Of a DNA stretch of 64,000 nucleotides, positions 52,440 through 63,637 are shown in pieces. Every line of letters begins with the position of its first letter. Positions within the stretch are counted from its first letter, which is position 1. Source of the stretch: an uncultured beta proteobacterium (GTDB lineage Bacteria; Pseudomonadota; Gammaproteobacteria; Burkholderiales; SG8-39); NCBI GenBank assembly GCA_963782655.1, contig CAWALA010000005.1:163587-227586 (forward strand), written 5' to 3'. The notes below the pieces were generated by a model. It saw only the letters and a list, made by a program, of their open reading frames with translations, had not been told where the DNA came from and searched no databases. A program made the position numbers and the translations under genes.

Positions 52440-52480
52440 ACAGGAAGCGAATTGTATGACAACAGAGGCGTACTTGCCAA
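52433..52480 (-). promoter_or_regulatory. Sigma70-like promoter plus perfect 10-bp inverted repeat (putative RHH operator) at the RHH start
   Basis: Minus strand reads TTGGCA (52475-52480), N18, TACAAT (52451-52456), then 11 nt to the ATG with no Shine-Dalgarno. Inverted repeat TTGTCATACA-N10-TGTATGACAA spans 52433-52462; one arm contains the -10 and the other contains the start codon. Confidence 0.45.
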
Positions 52481-52545
52481 GTCTCCGTGCGGCCCCTTTG
52501 GTTTCCTGCCAGGATGCCCGGAACAGCTCGCCACCGCAGGCGCGA

Positions 52546-53660
52546 TCAGCTCTTCCTGACCTCGATGCCCGCGGCGCGCGCCAGGTCCTTCTGGATGCGC
52601 GCCACGCGCTCGACTTCGCCCTTGGCGGCGAAGCGCTCGTAGAAGCCTTCCTCGCGGAACTCGCGCACCAGGTCCGCCCAGGGCGCCAGGCGCTCTTCCC
52701 AGCGCTGCTGGCGCCCTTCGACCGGCTCCGCGTCCTCGCGCGCAAGGGTCGTGGCAACGCGGATCAGCGCCTTCAGGGTCACCGGCTTGGTGACCATGTA
52801 GTTGTCCTTGCCCCAGACGTCCTCGAACACGGCCTTCGCGGCCTTGAGGAAGTCGCGCATCGCGCCGTAGTAGCGGTCCACGTTCTTCGCGCTGCCGCCG
52901 GACACCTGGATCTTGCGCCAGTCGGCGCGCACCCAGCGATGCAGCTCGTTGAACAGTTCCGCCTGCAGGATCCACTTGTCGCGCTGGCTGCGCCCGCCGA
53001 GGCGGTTGATGCGGTAGCGCAGCGGGCTGTCGCCCTCGCGGTAGAGCTTGTCCACCAGGCGCGCGGCGAACTTGCGGTCGGGCGCCGCCCAGGACACCTT
53101 CTCGTACAGGTCGACGAGGTGGCTCTTGTTGATGCGCGTCGGCGTGGAATTGATGATGACGAACATCTCGGTGGAGAAATCCTCGCGTGCGGCCGTCGAA
53201 GATCATGCACGGCACGCGGATGCTGGCGGCCTCGGCGGGCCGGTCCTGCATGTAGAAGTACAGCGCCGCCAGGCGGTGCTGGCCGTCGATGATGAGGAAT
53301 TTCTGGCTCGGCTCCGAGAGGTGCCCCATGCCGTCGGCGGCCGACTGGTAGCGCAGCGTCTCCGAGGTGAACAGCAGCACCGTGCCCGGGATCGGCGGCT
53401 GGGTCACCGCCGTCTCGTAGAAGTTGCGCAGCTGGCGCACCTTGGCCTGCGACAGGCCGCGCTGGAACGCGTGGTCGGTGCGCTCGATGCGCGCGATGAA
53501 TTGCGCGACGTCGTCGTCCTGGGCGATGCGGGACGCGGGCGATCTGCTCGCCGTCGCCGTAGAAGCGGCTGATGAAGCGCACCTTCGCCAGCAGCTCCTT
53601 GGCGGGGTAGCTGACGAAGTAGAAGATCCCGTCCTTCTGGCGGATCTGCGTTGCGAGCAC
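52546..53660 (-). CDS. DGQHR domain-containing protein (DndB-like, ParB/Srx-fold); two frame switches near 53525 and 53185
   Basis: GTG at 53660 after GGAGG. MLATQIRQKDGIFYFVSYPAKELLAKVRFISRFYGDGEQIA (ORF 52779..53660). RIAQDDDVAQFIARIERTDHAFQRGLSQAKVRQLRNFYETAVTQPPIPGTVLLFTSE...SQKFLIIDGQHRLAALYFYM...VPCMIFDG (ORF 52436..53440 frame). EMFVIINSTPTRINKSHLVDLYEKV... to the stop (ORF 52546..53166). QR and DGQHR motifs are in the expected order. Confidence 0.75.
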
Positions 53661-53753
53661 GGTTGCTGCCTCCGGGCGGCTGGCCCAGCTATCGAGACCG
53701 GGCGAATGATACCGAAGGCCGTCGCCCCACGCAGAAAAAAGCCTTGGGCGGCC

Positions 53754-54530
53754 CTAGCCCGGGCAGGCCGGCAGCATCAGGGCCTGCAGCACCTCCGCCG
53801 TACGCCGGTTCTGCACGAAAGCGGCCACCCCGGAGTTGGCGGGGATCGCCCCGGGCAGCAGGGGCAGCGCCCGGCGCTCGTCGATCGCGCCCCCCGCTGA
53901 AGGCGATCGGGCCCAGCCATTCGAGCACCACGTAGTCGTGGGCGAGCGTGCGCCCCCGGTTCTCGCCGGCGGAGACGCTGGGACACGAGCTTGTTCTCGT
54001 AGCTGGCCAGGTAGAGGCCCGCGTCAGCCTCCTGGGCCCCGGTCGAGCAGCTCCGCGCGGACCTCGACCGCCAGGCTATCCCGCTGTCCGCCCCGCAGGG
54101 CGAGCGCAATGCTCGCCCCGGGCGGCCGCGCGTTGATGCGGGCCACCGCCTCGTCGAAAGCGCCGCCGCTGCCCCAGCGCCTGAAATCCTGCCCCTGCAG
54201 CATCACCTGGGGCGTATAGACGATCTTTGCCCGCATCACCTGCGCGAGCTTGCGCTGGCGGTCCGCAAAGCGCTGCTGGGCATAGGGGTCCTTCCAGCCG
54301 ATGTAGTCCCAGTAGTTCACGTGCAGCGACAGCGGCACCACGCGCTCGGGGGCGAGGCCGCGCCCGCCCAGCCCCTGCAGCCAGCGGTCTGCGGGCGGGC
54401 AGCTGTCGCAGCCCTCCGAGGTGTAGAGCTCGACCAGGGCGGTCGTATGGGGTCCGGAGCGGGCCTGGCACTGGGCGGCTTGGACCGGGGTCATCAGGGC
54501 GGCGGCGGCTAGCGCCAGCAGCATGCGCAT
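53754..54530 (-). CDS. DUF1223 domain-containing secreted protein; about 3-4 frame switches in the C-terminal half
   Basis: ORF 54024..54530 gives MRMLLALAAAALMTPVQAAQC (signal) ...ALVELYTSEGCDSCPPADRWL...VVPLSLHVNYWDYIGWKDPYAQQRFADRQR...IVYTPQVMLQG. Continuation GLYLASYENKLVSQ / ENRGRTLAHDYVVLEWLGPIAF / AIDERRALPLLPGAIPANSGVAAFVQNRRTAEVLQAL in other frames, with stop at 53754-53756. Confidence 0.72.
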
Positions 54531-54587
54531 GGCCGTCAGTCGAAACGGGGCACGAAGAGCTTACGCACGGGACGGGATAATGCCTCG

Positions 54588-55594
54588 ATGACCCTCAAGC
54601 TCTCCATCCTCGACCAGTCCCCGGTGATCTCCGGCGAGTTCCCCAGCCCAGGCGGTCCAGGCCACGCTCGCGCTCGCGCGCCGGGCGGACGCGCTGGGCT
54701 ACGAGCGCTACTGGCTCGCCGAGCACCACGCCATCGCCGCGCTCGCCGACCCCTGCCCGGAGGTACTGCTCGCGCGCCTGGGCGCGGAGACCAAGCGCCT
54801 GCGTGTCGGCACGGGCGGGGTGCTGCTGCCCTATTACAGCGCGTTCAAGGTGGCGGAGGTGTTCCGCATGCTGGAGGCACTCTACCCGGGGCGCGTGGAT
54901 CTGGGCATCGGGCGCGCGCCCGGCGGCGACCAGCGCACCGCACACGCGGTGGCGGGCGGGCAGTTCCCGAGCGCGGACGACTTCCCCCAGCGCGTATGGG
55001 AACTGGTCGGCCACCTCGACGGCACGCTGCCCGAGGACCATCCGCACAAGCGCGTGCGCGTGCAACCCGGCGGCGACACGGCGCCCCAGGTGTGGCTGCT
55101 CGGCTCCTCGGATTACAGCGGCCTGCTCGCCGCGCAGCTGGGGCTGCGCTTCGCCTTCGCGCACTTCATCAACGCCAAGGGCGGCGACGCAGTCACGCGC
55201 GCCTACCGCGAACGCTTCCAGCCATCCGCAAGGGAAGGCGCGCCCGCGGCGATCGTCTGCGTGTTTGCGATCTGCGCCGCAACCGACGCCGAGGCCGAGC
55301 GCCTGGCCGCCTCGATCGACCTGCGGCGGCTGCACATGGCGCTCAACATGGATACGCCGGTGCCGACGCTCGCGGAGGCCGAGCGCCACGCCTATACCGA
55401 GGAGGAGACGCCGCTACGTCATGAGCCAGCGCGATCGCGCCGTGATCGGCGGCCCGGAGAAATGCCGGCGCGAGCTCACGGCGCTCGCGGAGCGCTACGC
55501 GGCCGACGAAGTGATGCTGCTCACGATCACCGGGGACTACGCGACGCGCCTGCGCTCCTACGAGCTGCTCGCCGCCGCCTTCGCCCTGGCCTAG
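54588..55594 (+). CDS. LLM class (luciferase-like) flavin-dependent oxidoreductase; two frame switches near 54640 and 55410
   Basis: MTLKLSILDQSPVISG, then AQAVQATLALARRADALGYERYWLAEHHAIAALADPCPEVLLARLGAETKRLRVGTGGVLLPYYSAFKVAEVFRMLEALYPGRVDLGIGRAPGGD...VWLLGSSDYSGLLAAQLGLRFAFAHF (ORF 54820..56307 frame). Tail RYVMSQRDRAVIGGPEKCRRELTALAERYAADEVMLLTI (ORF 54803..55594). Confidence 0.82.
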
Positions 55595-56210
55595 AAAAGC
55601 TTGACGACCTCCTCGTGGCCGCGCTCGCGCGCGAGGTCCTGGGCGGTTTCGCCGTCCAGGTTCTTCGCGCCGGGCGCGCGCGCCCGCCGCAGCAGCAGCC
55701 GCACGGCTTCCACGTGGCCCCCGAAGGCCGCGCCGTGCAGCGCGGTATTGCCGCGCAGGTCCGCGACGTCCGGGTCCGCGCCGCGCTCGAGCAGCAGCCG
55801 CACCGTGGCTGCGTTGCCGGAGAGCGCAGCCCAGTGCAACGCCGACTCGCCCTCGTCGTTGCGCGCGAGGGGAACCGCCCCGGCGTCGAGCAGCAGCACG
55901 GCGCAGGCGGGGTCGGCCGGCAGGGCCGACAGGTGCAACGGGGTCTCCCCGGTGTTCGTGCGCGCGCGTACGCTTGCGCCGGCGTCCAGCAGCAGCCGCG
56001 TGAGCGCGCGCATGCCTTTTTCCGCGCGCGGCATGCAGCGGCGTTTCGCGCGACGCATTGCGCGCCTGCACGTCCACCTTGCCGCCCAGCACCAGCACCG
56101 CGGCGACCGGCTCCTTGTCCTCGGCGATGGCCTGGAACAGGCGCTCGGTATCGCCCTGCGCCTGCGCCGCCCCGGCGGCAAGCAGCGCGGCCGCGAGCAG
56201 CCGGCCTCAT
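55591..56210 (-). CDS. Ankyrin repeat protein with N-terminal signal peptide; two frame switches
   Basis: ATG at 56208-56210 overlaps the stop of the upstream oxidoreductase. LLAAALLAAGAAQAQGDTERLFQAIAE... (signal, shifted frame). ORF 55591..56181 carries the ANK repeats: TNTGETPLHLSALPADPACAVLLLDAGA, DEGESALHWAALSGNAATVRLLLERGADPD, LRGNTALHGAAFGGHVEAVRLLL. Confidence 0.8.
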
Positions 56211-58990
56211 TTCAGCGCGCCCGCCAGCACCTCGGCGAAGTGCAGCGTCGTGCGCCCCGAGAGCGCCTCGATCTGCTCCCGGCAGGAGAAACCGTCGGCG
56301 ACGATAGGGTGTCGGCGCTGCGCGGCGCGCACCTTGGGCAGCAGCGCGAGCTCGGCGATGCGCCGCGACGCGGCCTGCGTGCTCCTTCCTGAAGCCGAAG
56401 GAACCGGCCATGCCGCAGCAGCCGGTGTCGGGCGACTCGACCTCCACCGCTGCCGCGCGCAGCAGCTGCACTTCCGCCGCCGTGCCCCACAGCGCCTTCT
56501 GGTGGCAGTGGCCCTGCAGGAGCGCCCGCCCGAACGCGCGCCTGGGAACGTAGCCCCGGCGCCCTAGGAATTCGCCGAGGGACATCGCCTGCCGCGACAG
56601 CTCCGCGGCGCGCGCGTCGTCGGGCAGGAGCTGCTGCAATTCGTCGCGGAACACCGACAGGCAGGCGGGCTCGAGGATCACCAGGGGAACGCCCGGCTCG
56701 ACCACGGCCAGGACGCGATGCAGCGCTGCCTTCGCGCGATCCAGCATCCCCGCGTCGTAGTAAGGGCGCCCGCAGCACAGGTGCTCGCGCGGCAACTCGA
56801 CGCGGCAGCCGGCGTGCGCGAGCACGCGCGCGGCGGCGGCGGCGGTCGCCGGCCGGAAATGGTTGTTGAACGTGTCGTCGAAGAGGATCACGCGCTCGCC
56901 GTCGCCCACGGGCTCGAACCGTGAGCGGAAACTGTGCGGCGCGAACTGCGGCAGGCGCCGTGTCGGCCGAGAGGCCGGCGGCGGATCGGCCCAGCGCACC
57001 CATGCGCGTTGGCCAGGCCCGGCAGGCGCGCGGCGAGCGGCGCCCACTCGCCGATGCGCGCGAGCGCCTGCAAGGCAAGCGGCCGCGCCTTGCCTTCGTA
57101 GTAATGCGACAGGAACTCCGCCTTGTAGGCCGCCATGTCCGTGTGCGTGGGGCAGTCGCTGCGGCAGCCCTTGCAGGCGAGGCACCAGTCGAGCGCTTCC
57201 TTCACGTCCTCGCTCTGCCAGCCGTCGGTGATCACTTCGCCCTGCAGCATCTCCCACAGCAGGCGCGAGCGCCCGCGGGTCGAATAGCGCTCCTCGCCCG
57301 TGGCGCGGTAGCTCGGGCACATGGTGCCGCCGGTCTTGGCGCGGCACTTGCCCATGCCGATGCAATGCTCGGCGGCACGCCCGAAGCCGTCGCCGACGTC
57401 GCTCCTGAACGCGAGCGTCGTCTGCAGGGTGACCGGCTTGTACTGCGGGCCGAGCCGCAGATTCTCATCTACGCGATACGCATCGATGAGTTTTCCGGGA
57501 TTCATGCGGTTGCCCGGATCCCAGATGCGCTTGAACTCGCGGAAGGCCTGCATCAGTTCCGGTCCGTACATCGCGGGCAGGAACTCGGCGCGCGCCTGGC
57601 CGTCGCCGTGCTCGCCGGAGAGCGAGCCGCCGTACTTCACGACGAGCGCCGAAGCCTCCTGCAGGAAGGTGCGCCAGCGCGCGAGGCCCTCGGGCGTCCG
57701 CAGCTCGAAAGTGATGCGCGCGTGGATGCAGCCGTCGCCGAAGTGCCCGTAGAGCGAGGTGCGGTAGCCGTGGCGATCCACCAGCGCCTGGAACTCGCGC
57801 AGGTAATCGCCCAGGCGCAGCGGGTCCACCGCCGCATCCTCCCAGCCGACGATCGGGTCCGGCCCGGGGGTTCCCTTCAGGTTGAGCGAGGTGGCCGAGG
57901 CGCCCGTCTCGCGGATCGCCCACAGGCGCGCCATCTCCCCCTGGTCGGTGACGAGCCGGCCGCGCAGCGCCTTCGCCTTCGCGATCGCCTCCTCGTGCGT
58001 GTCGCCGCCGAACTCGATCATCAGCCACGCCTTGCCCTCGGGCAGGAGGCTGAGGTCGTCGAGCTTGAGCTTGCGCTCGCGCAGCCCGCCGATGATGGGC
58101 TCGTCCAGCCCTTCGCAGGCGATCGGCCCCGCCGCGAGCACTTCGGGCACCGCGTCGCCCGCGGCATAGATGTCGGGATAGCCCTGCACCAGCAGCACGC
58201 GGTGCGGGCGGGCTCTTCACCAGCTTCGCCTTCGCCTGCAGCGTGAGCGCGCAGGTGCCTTCCGAGCCCACCAGGGCGCGCGCCACGTTGAAGCCGTTCT
58301 CCGGCAGCAGCTGGTCGAGGTTGTAGCCGGAAACGCGGCGCTTGATCTTCGGGAAGCCCGCGCGGATGAGGTCCGCGTAGCTGTCGGCGAGCATCTTCAG
58401 GCCGCGGTAGATCTCCGACTGGCGGTTGCCGAGCGCGAGGATGCGGCGGTACTCGGCGTCGTCCGTCGGCCCGCACCAGAAGCGCGCGCCGTCGTAGGTG
58501 AGCACCTCCAGCGCCTCGATGTTCTCCACGGTCTTGCCCGCCATCACCGAGTGCGCGCCGCAGGAGTTGTTGCCGATCATGCCGCCGAGCGTGCAGCGGC
58601 TGTGCGTGGCCGGATCGGGACCGAAGGTGAGGCCGTGCCGCTCGGCCTCGCCGCGCAGGCTGTCGCACACCACGCCCGGCTCGACGAGCGCCGTGCGCGC
58701 CGCGGCGTCGATCGAGAGCACGCGGTCCATGTACTTCGAGCAGTCGAACACCACCGCGACGTTCACGCTCTGCCCGCAGAGCGAGGTGCCGCCGCCGCGC
58801 GCGAGGACGGGCGCGCCGTGCGCGCGGCAGGCGGCGAGCGCCGCAACCATGTCCGCGGCCGAGCGCGGCAGCACCACGCCGATCGGCACCTGCCGGTAGT
58901 TGGACGCGTCGGAGGCATACGCGGCGCGCGCCCCGGCATCGAAGCGCACTTCCCCCGCGACCGCCGCCGCGAGGGCAGCCTGCAGTTCCT

Positions 58991-58994
<4 letters not shown>
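56207..58994 (-). CDS. FAD-binding and (Fe-S)-binding domain oxidoreductase (FAD-linked oxidase fused to a GlcF/CCG-type Fe-S module, YdiJ-like); three frame switches near 58200, 57000 and 56385
   Basis: MKELQAALAAAVAGEVRFDAGARAAYASDASNYRQVPIGVVLPRSAADMVAALAACRAHGAPVLARGGGTSLCGQ...GGMIGNNSCGAHS (ORF 57465..60224 tail). SLYGHFGDGCIHARI...SLSGEHGDGQARAEF...CIGMGKCRAKTGGTMCPSYRATGEERYSTRGR...CLACKGCRSDCPTHTDM (ORF 56888..58198). LPREHLCCGRPYYDAGM...GHCHQKA...PDTGCCGMAGSFGF (ORF 55527..57365). Tail ADGFSCREQIEALSGRTTLHFAEVLAGALK. Confidence 0.85.
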
Positions 58995-60877
<1,883 letters not shown>

Positions 60878-60883
60878 GGCTGG

Positions 60884-61471
60884 CTAGAACTTGACCTTCG
60901 GCGCCTTGCGCTCTTCGGCCGACTCGGTGGCCTCCAGCAGCGTCGCCTCGTTGAAGCCGAAGAGGCCGGCGACGACGTTGTCGGGGAAGGTCTCGCGCTG
61001 CGTGTTGTAGGACATCACCGAGTCGTTGTAGCCCTGGCGCGCGAAGGCCACCTTGTTCTCGGTGCTGGTGAGCTCTTCCTGCACCTGCAGCACGTTCTGG
61101 TTGGCCTTCAGGTCGGGATAGTTCTCGAACACCGCGAGCAGCCTCCCGAGCGCGCCGCCCAGCGCGCCCTCGGCCTGCGCGAGGCCCGTCATGGCCGAGG
61201 GCTCGCCCGGGGCCGCCGCGGCGCGCTGCGCCGCGGTCACCGCCGCGCCGCGCGCCGCAATCACCGCCTCCAGCGTCTGGCGCTCGTGCGCGAGGTAGCC
61301 CTTGGCCGCTTCCACCAGGTTGGGGATCAGGTCGTAGCGGCGCTTGAGCTGCACGTCGATCTGCGCGAACGCGTTCTTGAAGCGGTTGCGCAGCGCCACC
61401 AGCCGGTTGTAGACGGAGATCGCCCAGACCGCGAGCGCGACGACGATCCCCAGCACGATCCACAGTCCCAT
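60884..61471 (-). CDS. lemA: LemA family protein
   Basis: ORF 60884..61489; likely start MGLWIVLGIVVALAVWAISVYNRLVALRNRFKNAFAQIDVQLKRRYDLIPNLVE...ENYPDLKANQNVLQVQEELTSTENKVAFARQGYNDSVMSYNT...FPDNVVAGLFGF. Precedes the M48 peptidase, the usual LemA-M48 pairing. Confidence 0.9.
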   Translation of the reverse strand: MGLWIVLGIVVALAVWAISVYNRLVALRNRFKNAFAQIDVQLKRRYDLIPNLVEAAKGYLAHERQTLEAVIAARGAAVTAAQRAAAAPGEPSAMTGLAQAEGALGGALGRLLAVFENYPDLKANQNVLQVQEELTSTENKVAFARQGYNDSVMSYNTQRETFPDNVVAGLFGFNEATLLEATESAEERKAPKVKF

Positions 61472-61560
61472 GGCCTGCCTCCCTGGCAATGACGGCGGCG
61501 GCTAATATACACCGCGATGATTTTTCGCCGGTACGGAGCCGGACGCGTAATATTGCGGCG

Positions 61561-62298
61561 ATGAAAACGAATCGAGCCTTGAATCAGCGCCGCCGCGAGT
61601 TCCTTGGCGCCGCTGTAGCTGCCGCCCTGGCCGGCTTGCCGCTCGGGGTGCGTCCCGCCGACGCCAAGTCCATGAAGATCGGCGTGATCGGATCAGGAAG
61701 GGTCGGCGGCACGATCGGCGGGCTCTGGGTCAAGGCCGGCTACGAAGTCATGTTCTCGGCGCGCGAGATCGACGAGGTCAAGGAGCTGGTCGCGAGTCTC
61801 GGGCCGAAGGCGCGCGCGGGCACGCCCCGTGAGGCGGCTGCATTTGGCGAGGTCGTGCTGGTCTCGGTTCCCTACTCGGCGCTGCCGCAGATCGGCCGCG
61901 ATTACGCCGCTGAACTCAAGGGCAAGGCGGTGCTCGATACCTGCAACCCGATCGCGGCTCGCGACGGCGACATGGCCGTGGCCGCCCGGGCAAAGGGCAC
62001 GGGCGTCGCCTCGGTGGAGTATCTGCCCGGCGTGCGCCTGGTGCGTGCCTTCAGCTGCGTTGGCTACAACTCGATGCGCAGCGAGGCGCATCGCGCCGGG
62101 GAGCGGCTGGCGATCCCGCTCGCCGCTGACGACGAAGCCGCGCTCAAGATTGCTATACGCCTGGTCCAGGATGCGGGCTTCGAGCCGGTGGTCGTAGGGC
62201 CGCTCGCGCGCGCGAGGGAATTCGACGTCGGCACGCCGGTGTTCGGGCGGGCGCTCACGGCGCGCGAGTTACGCGGGGTGCTCGGCATCGGCTCCTGA
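61561..62298 (+). CDS. NADP oxidoreductase, coenzyme F420-dependent-like (NAD(P)-binding Rossmann protein) with a twin-arginine signal peptide
   Basis: Internal ATG of ORF 61489..62298. MKTNRALNQRRREFLGAAVAAALAGLPLGVRPADA (RRxFL Tat motif, AxA site). Then KIGVIGSGRVGGTIGGLWVKAGYEVMFSAR...VVLVSVPYSALPQI...DTCNP. Confidence 0.7.
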   Translation: MKTNRALNQRRREFLGAAVAAALAGLPLGVRPADAKSMKIGVIGSGRVGGTIGGLWVKAGYEVMFSAREIDEVKELVASLGPKARAGTPREAAAFGEVVLVSVPYSALPQIGRDYAAELKGKAVLDTCNPIAARDGDMAVAARAKGTGVASVEYLPGVRLVRAFSCVGYNSMRSEAHRAGERLAIPLAADDEAALKIAIRLVQDAGFEPVVVGPLARAREFDVGTPVFGRALTARELRGVLGIGS

Positions 62299-63594
62299 AC
62301 CGGTCACCGGGCGCGCAGCGCGGCGCTCCTGCGCGCGCCCGAGCGCCAGCGCGAGCGCGAGCCACGCGGCCGCCGCCGGAATGCTCGCGAGCGAAATGGC
62401 CGAAAGCTCCAGCCCCGCCGCGCGCAGCGCCGCGAACAGCCACCCCCCGGCGGCATCGGCGCCGCGGAACACCACGACGTCGATCACGTTCTTGGCCTTG
62501 TATTTCTCCTCCCGCGCGAGCACGGTGAACAGCACTTCGCGCGCCGGGTTGGAAATGGCGAAATTGGCGGTGCGCTGGATCGCCTGGAACACGATCACCA
62601 CCGCGAGCGCCGGCGACACCGCCAGCGCCAGGAAACCCGCGCCAAAGACAAGCGGCAGAAATCCAGCTGCCGCACCCACGCCGAAGCGCTGGATCAGCCG
62701 GCCGGTGGCAAAGCATTGCACCAGCAGCGTGAGCATGCCGACGGCGAGATCGATGATGGCGAATATGCGAGTACGGACCGCCGGATCGTCGGAGGCGGCG
62801 GCGACGATGTTCGCCTGCTGGAAATAGACGAAGGTTCCCGCCACCGAGAGGCAAGCCACCCAGAGCGCAATGCCGGCGAGGTACGGCGAACGCATGACCA
62901 TCGCGATGCCGGAAAGCCATCCGCCGCCCAGTCCTGCGGGCCCGGCCGGCACTGCGGTTTCGCTCCCGGACCCGGCGGCCGCCGCTTCCAGCCGCCGCGC
63001 GCACAAGATCGCGGCCTCGAGCAGCAGCGCGGCCACGAGCAGCAGGTTTGCCGGGCCGAGCGGCAGCGAGAGCCAGACCGTCAGCGCGGGGCCGGCCAGC
63101 GCCCCCGCTGTCCCTCCCGCGGCGATGAAGCCGAACAGGCGCTTGCCCTGCTCGGCGGTGAACAGGTCGGCCATGAAAGACCAGAACACCGAGACCGCGA
63201 ACAGGTTGAAGACGCTGATCCAGACAAAGAACACCCGCGCGACGATCGTCCTCTCGACGTCGAGCGTCAGCAGCAGCCAGAACAGGACGATGTTGGCGAC
63301 GAAGAATTGATAGACAATCGGCACGAAGCGCCGGCGCGGCAGCCGCGCCACCACGGCGCCGTACACCGGCACCACGGCCAGCATGGTGACGAAGGTGGCG
63401 GTAAACAGCCATTGCAGGTTGCGCACGCCGCCGGCGATACCCATCTCGTCGCGCAGGGGCCGCAGCACGTAATAGCCGGCGAGGAGGCAGAAGAAATATG
63501 CGAACGACCAGAGCAGCGCCTGGATCTCCCCCGGGCGCACCGGCGCCGCCCGCGAAATCCAGCGCTGCAGGGTTGCTTCTCGCTCGCTCGTCAC
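62269..63594 (-). CDS. MFS-type transporter related to the ATP:ADP antiporter (TLC/AAA) family
   Basis: Intact 441 aa with about 12 TM segments. GEIQALLWSFAYFFCLLAGYYVLRPLRDEMGI... and VFWSFMADLFTAEQGKRLFGFIAAGGTAGALAGP resemble the conserved FWxFAN...EAKRFY region of TLC-type nucleotide exchangers. Subfamily assignment is from memory. Confidence 0.6.
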   Translation of the reverse strand: MTSEREATLQRWISRAAPVRPGEIQALLWSFAYFFCLLAGYYVLRPLRDEMGIAGGVRNLQWLFTATFVTMLAVVPVYGAVVARLPRRRFVPIVYQFFVANIVLFWLLLTLDVERTIVARVFFVWISVFNLFAVSVFWSFMADLFTAEQGKRLFGFIAAGGTAGALAGPALTVWLSLPLGPANLLLVAALLLEAAILCARRLEAAAAGSGSETAVPAGPAGLGGGWLSGIAMVMRSPYLAGIALWVACLSVAGTFVYFQQANIVAAASDDPAVRTRIFAIIDLAVGMLTLLVQCFATGRLIQRFGVGAAAGFLPLVFGAGFLALAVSPALAVVIVFQAIQRTANFAISNPAREVLFTVLAREEKYKAKNVIDVVVFRGADAAGGWLFAALRAAGLELSAISLASIPAAAAWLALALALGRAQERRAARPVTGSGADAEHPA

Positions 63595-63637
63595 CGGGCC
63601 TTCTTCATTCGAGGACTGACTTTACTAGAATGGGCGC

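Noticed and set aside
52128-53753. Search for mobile-element hallmarks (integrase, tRNA target, direct repeats) around the DGQHR/RHH pair
   Set aside because: None was found by eye. GC content and codon style look like the surrounding genes, so I cannot claim a genomic island, only an unusual gene pair.
53661-53753. Imperfect palindrome GGCCGTCGCCCCA...TGGGCGGCC with an A/T run, as a terminator between the DUF1223 and DGQHR genes
   Set aside because: The stem needs bulges and the pairing is weak. I could not convince myself it is more than chance in a GC-rich spacer.
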